Shown: positions 1 to 7,736 of the stretch, piece by piece
How positions within the stretch are numbered: position 1 is the stretch's first letter
Layout: each line of letters opens with the position of its first letter
Origin: an uncultured Bacteriovoracaceae bacterium
Lineage (GTDB): Bacteria > Desulfobacterota > Desulfomonilia > UBA1062
Assembly (NCBI GenBank): GCA_964388905.1
Contig: CAYMDG010000006.1
Coordinates: 1 to 37,559, forward strand
Direction: 5' to 3'
DNA: 37,559 nt
Notes under the pieces: generated by a model
What the model was told of the DNA's origin: nothing
What the model saw: only the letters and a program-made list of their open reading frames with translations
Database searches by the model: none
Position numbers and translations under genes: made by a program

Positions 1-221
1 GGAAAAGTGCCCAGTATTCACGGCAAGCACCCTTTGAGGGCTCCAACCGGCAGGTCAGGGGTGCAATAATCAGGCTCCTCCTCAATAACGGTACTATGGA
101 TGAACAGGAGCTTCTCACCCTCATGGGGATAACCCCTGCCCGAGGCAAGGAGATCCTCTCAGGTCTTGAGAAAGAGGGTTTTCTTTACCGCTGTGGGTCT
201 GATCTCTGCCTGCGTATATAA
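1..221 (+). CDS. 3' end of host A/G-specific adenine glycosylase (short MutY-like HhH-GPD family), partial
   Basis: Not in the ORF track. The frame starting at base 3 reads KSAQYSRQAPFEGSNRQVRGAIIRLLL...LSGLEKEGFLYRCGSDLCLRI* (TAA 219-221). The Q.PFEGS.RQ.RG.I...L and L.KEG motifs are typical of the C-terminal winged helix of short MutY-like proteins. Confidence 0.7.
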   Translation, partial: KSAQYSRQAPFEGSNRQVRGAIIRLLLNNGTMDEQELLTLMGITPARGKEILSGLEKEGFLYRCGSDLCLRI

Positions 222-295
222 GATAAAAAGGATGCCGGACAAGGCCGGGCAGGAAGATGTTGAGTGATGGCTTTCGAGAAGATCCATAAACTAAC

Positions 296-345
296 CAAGT
301 GCCCCCGGCAGGAATCGGACCTGCGACACCAGGATTAGGAATCCT
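296..345 (-). repeat. att site, left copy: duplicated 3' half of tRNA-Arg(CCT)
   Basis: caagtgcccccggcaggaatcggacctgcgacaccaggattaggaatcct is identical to 37503-37552. Identity ends in the anticodon stem. Confidence 0.97.
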
Positions 346-474
346 CTTTTTCGCACTTTCCCGCACTTTCACATTACTTCCCAATAATGCCATTACATGT
401 TGACAATCATTGATTAATTTGGCATGAATACCTTCATGGAACATCACTTAAAAACACCTACCATCAAAAAAAAG

Positions 475-503
475 TGTGGGGCTATTGTGGGGCTAAATGG
501 GGC
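475..503 (+). promoter_or_regulatory. Integrase arm-type binding repeats, left
   Basis: TGTGGGGC-tat-TGTGGGGC-taa-ATGGGGC with an 11-bp period. The 19-mer tgtggggctattgtggggc recurs exactly at 37426-37444. Confidence 0.75.
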
Positions 504-526
504 ACTTTTAAGACACCAGGATTTAT

Positions 527-1750
527 ATGTCGACGCAGAAATATAAGTCAGACTACCCCGGGGTCCGTTACCGAGAACACGCTACCCGCAAGCACGGCAT
601 TATGAAGGATCGGTATTTTTTCATCCGGTATCGGGTCAATGGGAAGCTCATTGAAGAAGGTGTTGGCTGGGCAAGTAAGGACATGTCGGCGAAAAAGGCG
701 AACGCCATCCTTGCGGAGCTTCAGAACAACCATCGCCTGGGTGAAGGTCCTCAGACACTCCGGGCTAAGCAGGAGCTCGAAGAGACGCGGCTTGTAAAAG
801 AGCAGGAGAAGAAAGCCAGGCTACAAAAAGAATCACTCTCCTTTACTGAGTTCTGGAATGACATCTATTTCCCCCAGGCCGAGCACGACAAGAAAGGCTC
901 CTCTGTTGAACGGGAAGAATACCTCTTCAGGCTATGGATAAAGCCGGTTCTAGGCCACCTGTCCTTAAAGTCCATAAGCCCTTTCGAGATAGAAAAGATC
1001 AAGAAAAACATGGCAGGAGCACACCAGTCAAACCGGAGCATTCAATACGCGCTGGCAGTCACCAGACAGGTGTTTAACCACGCCCGCAGGCTTGGATACT
1101 TTGAAGGTGATCCGCCCACTGCAAAGGTCAAGTGGCCCAAGGTTGACAATGCGCGGCTTCGGCACATCACAAAGGAAGAAGCAGATAACTTACTTAAAGC
1201 ACTGAAGGAGAAAAGCAAGACAGTCTATGAGATAAGCCTTATATCGCTGCACTGCGGACTCAGGTTTGACGAGATAGCGTCTTTAGAATGGCAGGACATC
1301 AACCTTATAGAGAAATTCATTTTGATCCGTGATCCTAAAAACAATTCAAGTCGTTTGGCATTCATGACAGCCCCTGTTTGGGGAATGCTCTCCGAGAAGA
1401 AAAAAGGCAAGCCTGACGAGAGAGTCTTTTCCATGAAAGCGGATAAGAGAAGCAGGATCTCACGGACCTTTGACAGGACTGTAAGCGAACTCAAGTTCAA
1501 TGATGGGATCACAGATCGGCGTCTCAGGATGACGTTTCATACGTTGCGGCATTCTTTTGCATCATTCCTAGCCATGCAAGGGGTGTCTATGCTCACCATC
1601 AAGGAGGCCCTTGGGCACAAGAGTCTGGCCATGGCGATGCGGTATTCACACCTGGCACCGACTGCTTTGAAGGAAACAGCCCGAGTTGTGGAACGTGCAT
1701 TAAAAAAGAGGAATCCTGAAAAGCAAATAGTGTCAAAATCAGAGAGATAG
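527..1750 (+). CDS. int: Tyrosine recombinase / phage-type integrase
   Basis: 407 aa with an N-terminal arm-binding-like region and catalytic motifs HCGLRFDEI (R), KNN (K), FHTLRH (HxxR), LGH and MRYSH (Y). Adjacent to att. Confidence 0.95.
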   Translation: MSTQKYKSDYPGVRYREHATRKHGIMKDRYFFIRYRVNGKLIEEGVGWASKDMSAKKANAILAELQNNHRLGEGPQTLRAKQELEETRLVKEQEKKARLQKESLSFTEFWNDIYFPQAEHDKKGSSVEREEYLFRLWIKPVLGHLSLKSISPFEIEKIKKNMAGAHQSNRSIQYALAVTRQVFNHARRLGYFEGDPPTAKVKWPKVDNARLRHITKEEADNLLKALKEKSKTVYEISLISLHCGLRFDEIASLEWQDINLIEKFILIRDPKNNSSRLAFMTAPVWGMLSEKKKGKPDERVFSMKADKRSRISRTFDRTVSELKFNDGITDRRLRMTFHTLRHSFASFLAMQGVSMLTIKEALGHKSLAMAMRYSHLAPTALKETARVVERALKKRNPEKQIVSKSER

Positions 1751-1859
1751 GTTCCTGAATCAAGGAAATAAATCGGCATAGTAAATGAGTTACTTGGAAA
1801 AGTAACAATGTAATCAAATTAACATCCAGTTATGGGGATAAAAAGGGGGCTTAAAATAA

Positions 1860-2894
1860 ATGTCTGGTATGCCAAGATTGGATAAAGATGAAGTGGTCAT
1901 TAAAAAAACATATAGACTGTGGATGGAATATCTTAAACGGAGTGATAAATATAGGGAAGTTGTTTCATGGTTTAATCTTCAGTATGAATCTAATCCAAGA
2001 TTGAAAGAAGTTAAGCTGAATGGGATATGCAATAATGAATATTACCCAAGCCATTATTATTTACATGTCGCAAATTGGGATAAACTTTTATCCAATGATT
2101 CAAGTCCAGTAGCGACTTTAAAGTATAATATCGAACTAGGTCTTTATTGTAGTCAATGGCATAGTGCTTTAGGTAAACTTCAAACAAAATATGGAGAAGT
2201 TGATCTCAATAAACTTCATGTTACTTATATTTGTTTTGGAGACGTATTTGGTGATGATATCGATTTTGATCAGATATGGGAAAGGATTAGGAAAAGAGAT
2301 CCTTTTGTATTGGAAGCCAATAAAGTCCATTTTCTCAATGAAAAGATAATATTAAATAGTATCATAGCTGGGGTTGATAGTATTATTGATAAGGATTTGA
2401 ATAATATTTTGCAGGCTGATCGAAAGCCAACGAATACGGAGATTATGGATTTATTGAGAAAGGGATTAAGTGAATATTTTGATAAAGCAGAAATATTATA
2501 TACCGCAACCCCAGTCCTTTTAACTAGCCGAGGTAATCCAGGGAAAGCTGAAGCATTTCCTGAAGTTATAGAAAACTTTGCAGCTAAACGAAATGAACAT
2601 CTTGAGAGGCTTCAAAATTCTATCGCTTATTCTGGCAAGGACTATTATTTTTTAGTCCCTACTACAACCCGAATTAAGGGCCTTGATGGATACCTTGAAA
2701 TTTATGATCGCAGAAACAAGAGCTGTAAAAAAGGTAAAAAAATTAGGTACTTCAAAATCGCTATGGACTTAGCATATGAGAAATACGATGGTAAGGATAG
2801 AATTAAATCTGAGAAAGTATTAGCTGAAGCTTATAAAAAGGCCAAGAAGATTATAGAAAACACAGAAAATGGGATATTCCCAGGTAACTATTGA
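1860..2894 (+). CDS. Hypothetical protein, possible DUF6499/DUF2285 (FseA-like) transcriptional activator
   Basis: 344-aa ORF. N-terminal WMEYLKRSDKY resembles the W.FLRRN..Y motif, and C-terminal YLEIYDRR..YFKIA..AYKKAKKIIE..ENG.F resembles a DUF2285-type HTH. Lies between int and xis. The ORF is secure, the function is inferred. Confidence 0.45.
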   Translation: MSGMPRLDKDEVVIKKTYRLWMEYLKRSDKYREVVSWFNLQYESNPRLKEVKLNGICNNEYYPSHYYLHVANWDKLLSNDSSPVATLKYNIELGLYCSQWHSALGKLQTKYGEVDLNKLHVTYICFGDVFGDDIDFDQIWERIRKRDPFVLEANKVHFLNEKIILNSIIAGVDSIIDKDLNNILQADRKPTNTEIMDLLRKGLSEYFDKAEILYTATPVLLTSRGNPGKAEAFPEVIENFAAKRNEHLERLQNSIAYSGKDYYFLVPTTTRIKGLDGYLEIYDRRNKSCKKGKKIRYFKIAMDLAYEKYDGKDRIKSEKVLAEAYKKAKKIIENTENGIFPGNY

Positions 2895-2916
2895 TAATTA
2901 TTAATTAAGAAACACC

Positions 2917-2967
2917 ATCTTTTGAAATCTTTCCAAAGATAACCCCATACTGAAAAACCTCCAGTAT
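2917..2967. promoter_or_regulatory. Two operator-like inverted repeats upstream of the excisionase
   Basis: atcttttgaaa-tc-tttccaaagat (2917-2940, 10/11 match) and atactg-N9-cagtat (2947-2967). Confidence 0.4.
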
Positions 2968-3002
2968 ACTATGAGCAATAAATAAGCTTGGAGGCATTTA
3001 TT

Positions 3003-3236
3003 ATGATCAAGAAGAAAGCAGATTTAAGCAGCTTAGCAACAAAATGGCCCAGTTCTATTGTCGCACGGTCTGAAATAGAATCTTTTACCGGGGGTATTTT
3101 AAACCAAAAAACATGTGCTAATCTTGATTCGCAAGGCAAGGGCATTCAAGGGCGTATCCGCATTAATTCACGAAAAATAGCCTATCCAGTTCAAGAAGTG
3201 ATTAGATTTTTAGAAGAACGATCACAACAGCTTTAA
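3003..3236 (+). CDS. Excisionase / AlpA-like recombination directionality factor
   Basis: Small winged-HTH-like protein (IVARSEIESFTGGILNQKTCANLDSQGKG..RIRINSRKIAYPVQEVIRFL). ATG 3003 follows GGAGG, so I prefer it to the track start at TTG 2988. Confidence 0.7.
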   Translation: MIKKKADLSSLATKWPSSIVARSEIESFTGGILNQKTCANLDSQGKGIQGRIRINSRKIAYPVQEVIRFLEERSQQL

Positions 3237-3250
3237 GAAGAGAGAATTTA

Positions 3251-3991
3251 ATGCTCTGGTATAAAAAAGATACAGGTTTACGAAACCATCCAGATATTTC
3301 TGATGTCAGGGATGAATTCGGTGATGCTGGGTATGCCATGTATAATATGATTATGGAAATATATGGGGAGCACTTTGCTCGCAGATCCCATGATGGAAAA
3401 TTAAGCTTATCGGTAAAATATTTAGAGCGAGAGTTACGAAGGAAATTCAAAAAGATTCACCCAGTTCTTGTATTTTTTCAAAATCGATCAAGGATCTATT
3501 TTGAAGTATGCGACAAAACAATATCCATCTATATACCTAATTACATAGATATTTCGAGCAATTGGACAAAAAGACAAAACGCATTACCTACCGAGGTACC
3601 TACCGCTAAAGAAGCAGAAGTAGAATTAGAAGCAGAAGCAGAAAGAGAAGCAGATTTAAAAGCAGATCATAGCCTTTTGTATATACCTCAAATAATAATA
3701 CCTGAGCATGGATTAAGTGTTGCAGACATAAAAGAATCCTCACCTGGGAGGATCAATGGGTATCTCAATGCGATGGCAATCGTACTATCAAAGGAGCATT
3801 TCCCTGAAGCCAAAGAATATATCAAGAGTAGACGTGACCAGAGAATGAACCCGAGAGCCATATTACATGCTCTGAATAGATACCTAAAGAGAGAACCTAA
3901 ACCCAAACACCCAAGTGCATATTGTGATGAGATTCTGACTGCTGAAAATGGGAATTATAATGAACAAGATAGCATCAATAACCATTCATGA
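3251..3991 (+). CDS. Phage-type replication initiator (replisome-organiser / DUF4373-like)
   Basis: N-terminal W.K......HP.I......G..GYA.Y..I.E motif, a central EAEVELEAEAEREAD low-complexity linker, and a C-terminal helical domain ending P.AY...IL..ENG. Follows xis. Confidence 0.6.
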   Translation: MLWYKKDTGLRNHPDISDVRDEFGDAGYAMYNMIMEIYGEHFARRSHDGKLSLSVKYLERELRRKFKKIHPVLVFFQNRSRIYFEVCDKTISIYIPNYIDISSNWTKRQNALPTEVPTAKEAEVELEAEAEREADLKADHSLLYIPQIIIPEHGLSVADIKESSPGRINGYLNAMAIVLSKEHFPEAKEYIKSRRDQRMNPRAILHALNRYLKREPKPKHPSAYCDEILTAENGNYNEQDSINNHS

Positions 3992-4487
3992 CATGGTCAA
4001 GGCTTTCATTCCCTTCGCTGAAAGGATGATAAATGAAGGACTATCCCAGGCCGATATTGAGAGGGCTTTCAAGAACTATTTGGGGTCTAAAGAAAGAAAG
4101 GAACAAGGTCAATTAACTATGAATAACACGAAAGAGACGATCAATAGTTTATTGGAACAAATGAAAAACTCACTTTCATCAGAACCATCCCCGGAAAGAA
4201 TTTTATATGATATATTAAAAAACGAGGGGATAGAATTTGCTTTTCAAAAGAACATAGGACCGTATCAAGTTGATTTTGTCATTCAGGACCTCATCCTTGA
4301 GATCGAAGATTCTGTTCATAACTCATCTCTGCTAATCGATTTTAAACGAGATAAGTATTTGAAAGACCGAGGCTATATACTTAAGAAGATTTCAGAGGAA
4401 ACAATTAGAACTAATCCGCAAGCTATAGTACAATTTATATATGAAACACTTGAACGAATGAATTCAATAATGAGTTCAATGAAATAA
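3948..4487 (+). CDS. DUF559 / Vsr-like PD-(D/E)xK endonuclease
   Basis: SPERILYDIL..GIEFAFQKNIGPYQVDFV...LILEIED.VH...RDKYLKDRGY..I. Alternative start at ATG 3960. Confidence 0.8.
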   Translation: MGIIMNKIASITIHDMVKAFIPFAERMINEGLSQADIERAFKNYLGSKERKEQGQLTMNNTKETINSLLEQMKNSLSSEPSPERILYDILKNEGIEFAFQKNIGPYQVDFVIQDLILEIEDSVHNSSLLIDFKRDKYLKDRGYILKKISEETIRTNPQAIVQFIYETLERMNSIMSSMK

Positions 4488-4526
4488 TGGATCCGGATCA
4501 TACTGGGTGTCGAGTTATCCAATCAT

Positions 4527-4781
4527 GGGTCCTTTTACAAGGGGGAACAATGGGTTCGCGCGTCAGCGTATGACTAACTCAAGTGTGATGTTCAAACTCT
4601 ATGTTACATTAGTTTACTCATCATAGAAAAAACCATAAATAAATGATGTTGATATCAATAAACACTAAATGATGTATTTAAGCATGGATGTGTCATGATA
4701 TGACATTGTTTTCAAACCCCATACGCTGTGAGGCCTAACGGGCTTGCGCGAACCGTATGACACCCCCTTGGAAAGGACCCG
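4527..4781. repeat. Pair of imperfect inverted cos-like sequences
   Basis: The + strand at 4527-4570 reads GGGTCCTTTTACAAGGGGGAACAATGGGTTCGCGCGTCAGCGTA. The - strand at 4781-4737 reads CGGGTCCTTTCCAAGGGGGTGTCATACGGTTCGCGCAAGCCCGTT. An AT-rich spacer separates them. The repeat is seen directly, the cos identity is inferred. Confidence 0.6.
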
Positions 4782-4847
4782 CGAATTCTTGATTTATTAG
4801 GGTTAAAGGGTTCTGGATGAGACCTGTCAACAGCCTCTCTCGCCTTA

Positions 4848-4878
4848 AACAGGAGTTCAATTCCCTTTGGGGCTACCA
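4848..4878 (+). pseudogene. Degenerate tRNA 3' fragment (tRNA-Glu-like), probable old att scar
   Basis: aac-AGGAG-TTCAATT-CCCTT-TGGGGCT-A-CCA reads as T-arm, 7-nt acceptor strand, discriminator and CCA, with no 5' half. Confidence 0.6.
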
Positions 4879-4894
4879 GGAGTTACTAGTTTTT

Positions 4895-4938
4895 TAAAAT
4901 ATCCCTAGTGTAACGGTTGGTGTACCGGGGATATTTTA
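4895..4938. repeat. Perfect 11-bp inverted repeat (hairpin/terminator-like)
   Basis: taaaatatccc (4895-4905) and gggatatttta (4928-4938), enclosing gtgtaacg/gtgtaccg direct repeats. Confidence 0.55.
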
Positions 4939-4987
4939 TTCAATCATCAATGTTTTAAGTAAAGGACATATCAGGGAGGTTGATCAT

Positions 4988-5413
4988 ATGGCCATGAGTC
5001 TTGATATTCTCATTAAACAATTTAATTATCCCATAGTTCATCATGAGGGTAAGAAATACATGAATCGTGCTAGTTTAACGTTGTCTGGGAGTTCATTCCA
5101 TTGGCAAGTTGAAAGGGACCAATATCAAAACGTCCCAGGGCTCAGCGAAACAACATACTACTTCTCACATAAAGAGCTAAAACTACTTGTGGAAGCCTAT
5201 CAGACCTTGTCGGAAAAAGAATATGAGACGAGGGCACGATTAGAATATGAATTACAGGAAAAGATAAAGAATAATAGACAGCGAGCCACTTCTAAGCAAT
5301 TGGTTGAATTATTCAGGAATGCTCAAATCGAGTGGGAAACAGATCCAAGTATATATTTTGAGGATATAGTGTGGAGATTGATAAAACAAAAATATCCACC
5401 CAAGGGGAAGTAA
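4988..5413 (+). CDS. Hypothetical protein
   Basis: 141-aa ORF with strong RBS GGAGGT upstream. No recognisable motif. Confidence 0.7.
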   Translation: MAMSLDILIKQFNYPIVHHEGKKYMNRASLTLSGSSFHWQVERDQYQNVPGLSETTYYFSHKELKLLVEAYQTLSEKEYETRARLEYELQEKIKNNRQRATSKQLVELFRNAQIEWETDPSIYFEDIVWRLIKQKYPPKGK

Positions 5414-5778
5414 GGAGAAATATCCAAATATACTGACGTTCTCCTTAGAGGAGTTATTTGTATTTCAAAAAGTTGAGAATACCCTAAAGGTAGAGAGATT
5501 TGAATTCTCGACCCTAGTCAATTATATCAAAGAGTTAGGCCCTAAAACCACCTATTTTGTAGGTCAGTAGATGGGCAGTAAATTTATACATATGGATTTT
5601 TCAAAGCACACAATAATTGTCTAGAGCCAATACCAAAACTAGACATCTCAGAGTACCGATCATGGCAGAGTCTATTGAAAAACTCTAAGGATGGAAAGTG
5701 ACAAAAAAGCCACTGTGTAGAATGCCCTACGATGTGAGATCTTTGATCGGAGAATAGATAAGTTATCTAATAAATAAT

Positions 5779-6498
5779 TTAACCACCTATTATAAAACCT
5801 CTGTTAATAGCTTGTGGATTTGTTAGCATTTCATCAGAATAAACCAGATGCAGATTTTGGAATGTCAATTTTATAGGCTTTAGTATCCTTCGCCACCGTA
5901 CACATGTTAATTCATTTGGATTTGGTGAACGTGCGACAGAGGCAAAACAGTTGCCTCCAGAATTTCTATGCATATCATTTAAGAGTGGTTCAATCAATGT
6001 TTTTCCGGTTTTTTCAGCCCAATACATGGCAAAGTCTGTCTGGTTTTGGTTACTGCATAATTCGTGCAGAGGTTTTTCTAAGATTGTTTTTAACTTTAGG
6101 CGAATACGAGACAAGGTACCGTTTATTTCTCGGAACTGAATCGTCGTGCTTACATCGAAACAAACAAGTTCATATGCCTCCAACTCTACCGGTTCGAAAA
6201 CATCTCTTGTCCTTGCACTGAGATCGGGCAACGCTTCTAAGAGGTTAGTCAAGAGATGAGAAGCATAATCCTCAGCAGTATAAGGGATTGAGTCCCATGC
6301 GTTTATCCTAGCAAGAATAAGAACAGTAGCATGCCGAATATTCTCATTCATGAGTATTTGGTGTCCTGGAATTATTTTGTTGAGATCAAGCTCTTTGCTC
6401 AAGGTGATCCTAAGTTGTTCAAAGCCAACAGCATAGAACAAAGGCGCTGTAACTGCAATGAACCAGGGTCTAGCAATAATAGTACTATTCGTATACAT
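5779..6498 (-). CDS. 2H-phosphoesterase-like (LigT / cyclic phosphodiesterase fold) protein with degenerate second motif
   Basis: First motif RHATVL (HxT), then F.PVEL....L..F, L..IR..L, a second motif position CFASVAR (H replaced by F), and terminal F..LHLVYS. Spacing fits the 2H fold. Confidence 0.45.
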   Translation of the reverse strand: MYTNSTIIARPWFIAVTAPLFYAVGFEQLRITLSKELDLNKIIPGHQILMNENIRHATVLILARINAWDSIPYTAEDYASHLLTNLLEALPDLSARTRDVFEPVELEAYELVCFDVSTTIQFREINGTLSRIRLKLKTILEKPLHELCSNQNQTDFAMYWAEKTGKTLIEPLLNDMHRNSGGNCFASVARSPNPNELTCVRWRRILKPIKLTFQNLHLVYSDEMLTNPQAINRGFIIGG

Positions 6499-6591
6499 AT
6501 CAAACCCATTTCATCAAGCTAATTGCTTTAAAGAATAGATTATATAATAAGTTATTAATTATAAAAACCAGATAAAATAATTGAGCATGAC

Positions 6592-7683
6592 TCAAAGAAA
6601 TACAGCATGCTGTTTTATATGATGAGGAAGCCATGTCTCGCTTATTGGTTCTAAAGATGATTTTATTCTTTCTAAAATAACATTTTGAGTGTGCAATCGA
6701 CAAAATGGTATGCAGTTCTTTCCAGGAAAAAGATTTTGTGTTTTGCTTCGCTCCTCACTTACTAAGATTTCTTGAAAAGTCATTTTATCAAGTGATCCAA
6801 TTCTAGCTGTTCTATCACCAATATGGTGGCAGCAAATATATAAGTCTGCTCTTGCATCAATGACGGTAAAAAAATTGGAGCCATGGCATAATGTGTACCC
6901 ACGGTTAAAAGAATGTATGAGGTTGTATTTCTGGTATGATGCAAGTATTCTAAATTCGGGATCAACCTCAAAAGACTTGCAATCATTCAATTCATCATCA
7001 ATGGAACAGATTCTGTAATGATATGGACGGAAATGAATATAGTCAACGCCTAGTTCCCTTGCAAGTTTTGTTGCTTTGACTATTCCTTTGCGAGTTTTCA
7101 TATCAGTCAAGTACCCTACACCTATGAGGCAGTGTTTTGGTTTAATATTAGCAGAAGTTCTGGTTTCTATAAGCAGTTTAATGTTGTCGAGAACTCTGTT
7201 CCAGGATTCAGCGCTAACTCCGTGTGTATTATAATAAGATTTAGAATCAAATGCATCTAAGCTAATACGAACCCCTCTACATGCAGTGACTATTCGATAT
7301 GCTATGTCCTGAGTTAAGGCTTCACCATTACTTATCAATACAGTTGGTATCGATAGTATTTCAAGACGATGAAGAAGTTCGGCTAATTTTGAGTAGAGTA
7401 AGGGATCACCAGTATCACCAGAAATTACTACTCCCAAAGGTGGATTATCCCATACTGATTTTAGGAGATCTAAATCCAGCTCACACTTCAGTACTCTCTC
7501 TGCTGAGTTGTGATTTCTTGAAAATCTTCCCATCTCTCCCTGACATTGTGGACATCGTTGGTTGCATACTTCAGTCGGCTGAATCTCAAGACATATCGGT
7601 GAAGTCATTTTTCCCGAACGCCATGCCGCAACCCTTTCTGGGAATAAAAAAAGCTTATTCGCGCCTGTTGAAAAGATATTCAT
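6592..7683 (-). CDS. Radical SAM protein with SPASM/Twitch domain
   Basis: CNQRCPQC (CxxxCxxC), SGDTGDPLL (GGEP variant), ISNG and RISLDA, plus C-terminal C..IDARADLYICCH..IGSL....F.EI...C..C. Confidence 0.92.
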   Translation of the reverse strand: MNIFSTGANKLFLFPERVAAWRSGKMTSPICLEIQPTEVCNQRCPQCQGEMGRFSRNHNSAERVLKCELDLDLLKSVWDNPPLGVVISGDTGDPLLYSKLAELLHRLEILSIPTVLISNGEALTQDIAYRIVTACRGVRISLDAFDSKSYYNTHGVSAESWNRVLDNIKLLIETRTSANIKPKHCLIGVGYLTDMKTRKGIVKATKLARELGVDYIHFRPYHYRICSIDDELNDCKSFEVDPEFRILASYQKYNLIHSFNRGYTLCHGSNFFTVIDARADLYICCHHIGDRTARIGSLDKMTFQEILVSEERSKTQNLFPGKNCIPFCRLHTQNVILERIKSSLEPISETWLPHHIKQHAVFL

Positions 7684-7736
7684 TAGTTAATATCCATTTA
7701 GTTATGTTAATATCAGTATTGCTGTAGGGATGATAT

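Noticed and set aside
296-345. Second complete tRNA gene
   Set aside because: Only the 3' half is present, with no D-arm or 5' acceptor strand.
121-447. 108-aa minus-strand ORF
   Set aside because: It runs through the att/tRNA fragment and antisense to the MutY-like 3' end, so it is a chance ORF.
2947-2967. LexA SOS box
   Set aside because: Spacing is CTG-N9-CAG, not N10. Kept only as a generic inverted repeat.
527-5413. Complete prophage or conjugative ICE
   Set aside because: No recognisable capsid, portal, terminase, tail, lysis, relaxase or T4SS genes anywhere between the att sites.
6592-7683. Prokaryotic viperin
   Set aside because: It has a Cys-rich SPASM/Twitch extension and lacks the N-terminal N.H..CN..C.FCF viperin context.
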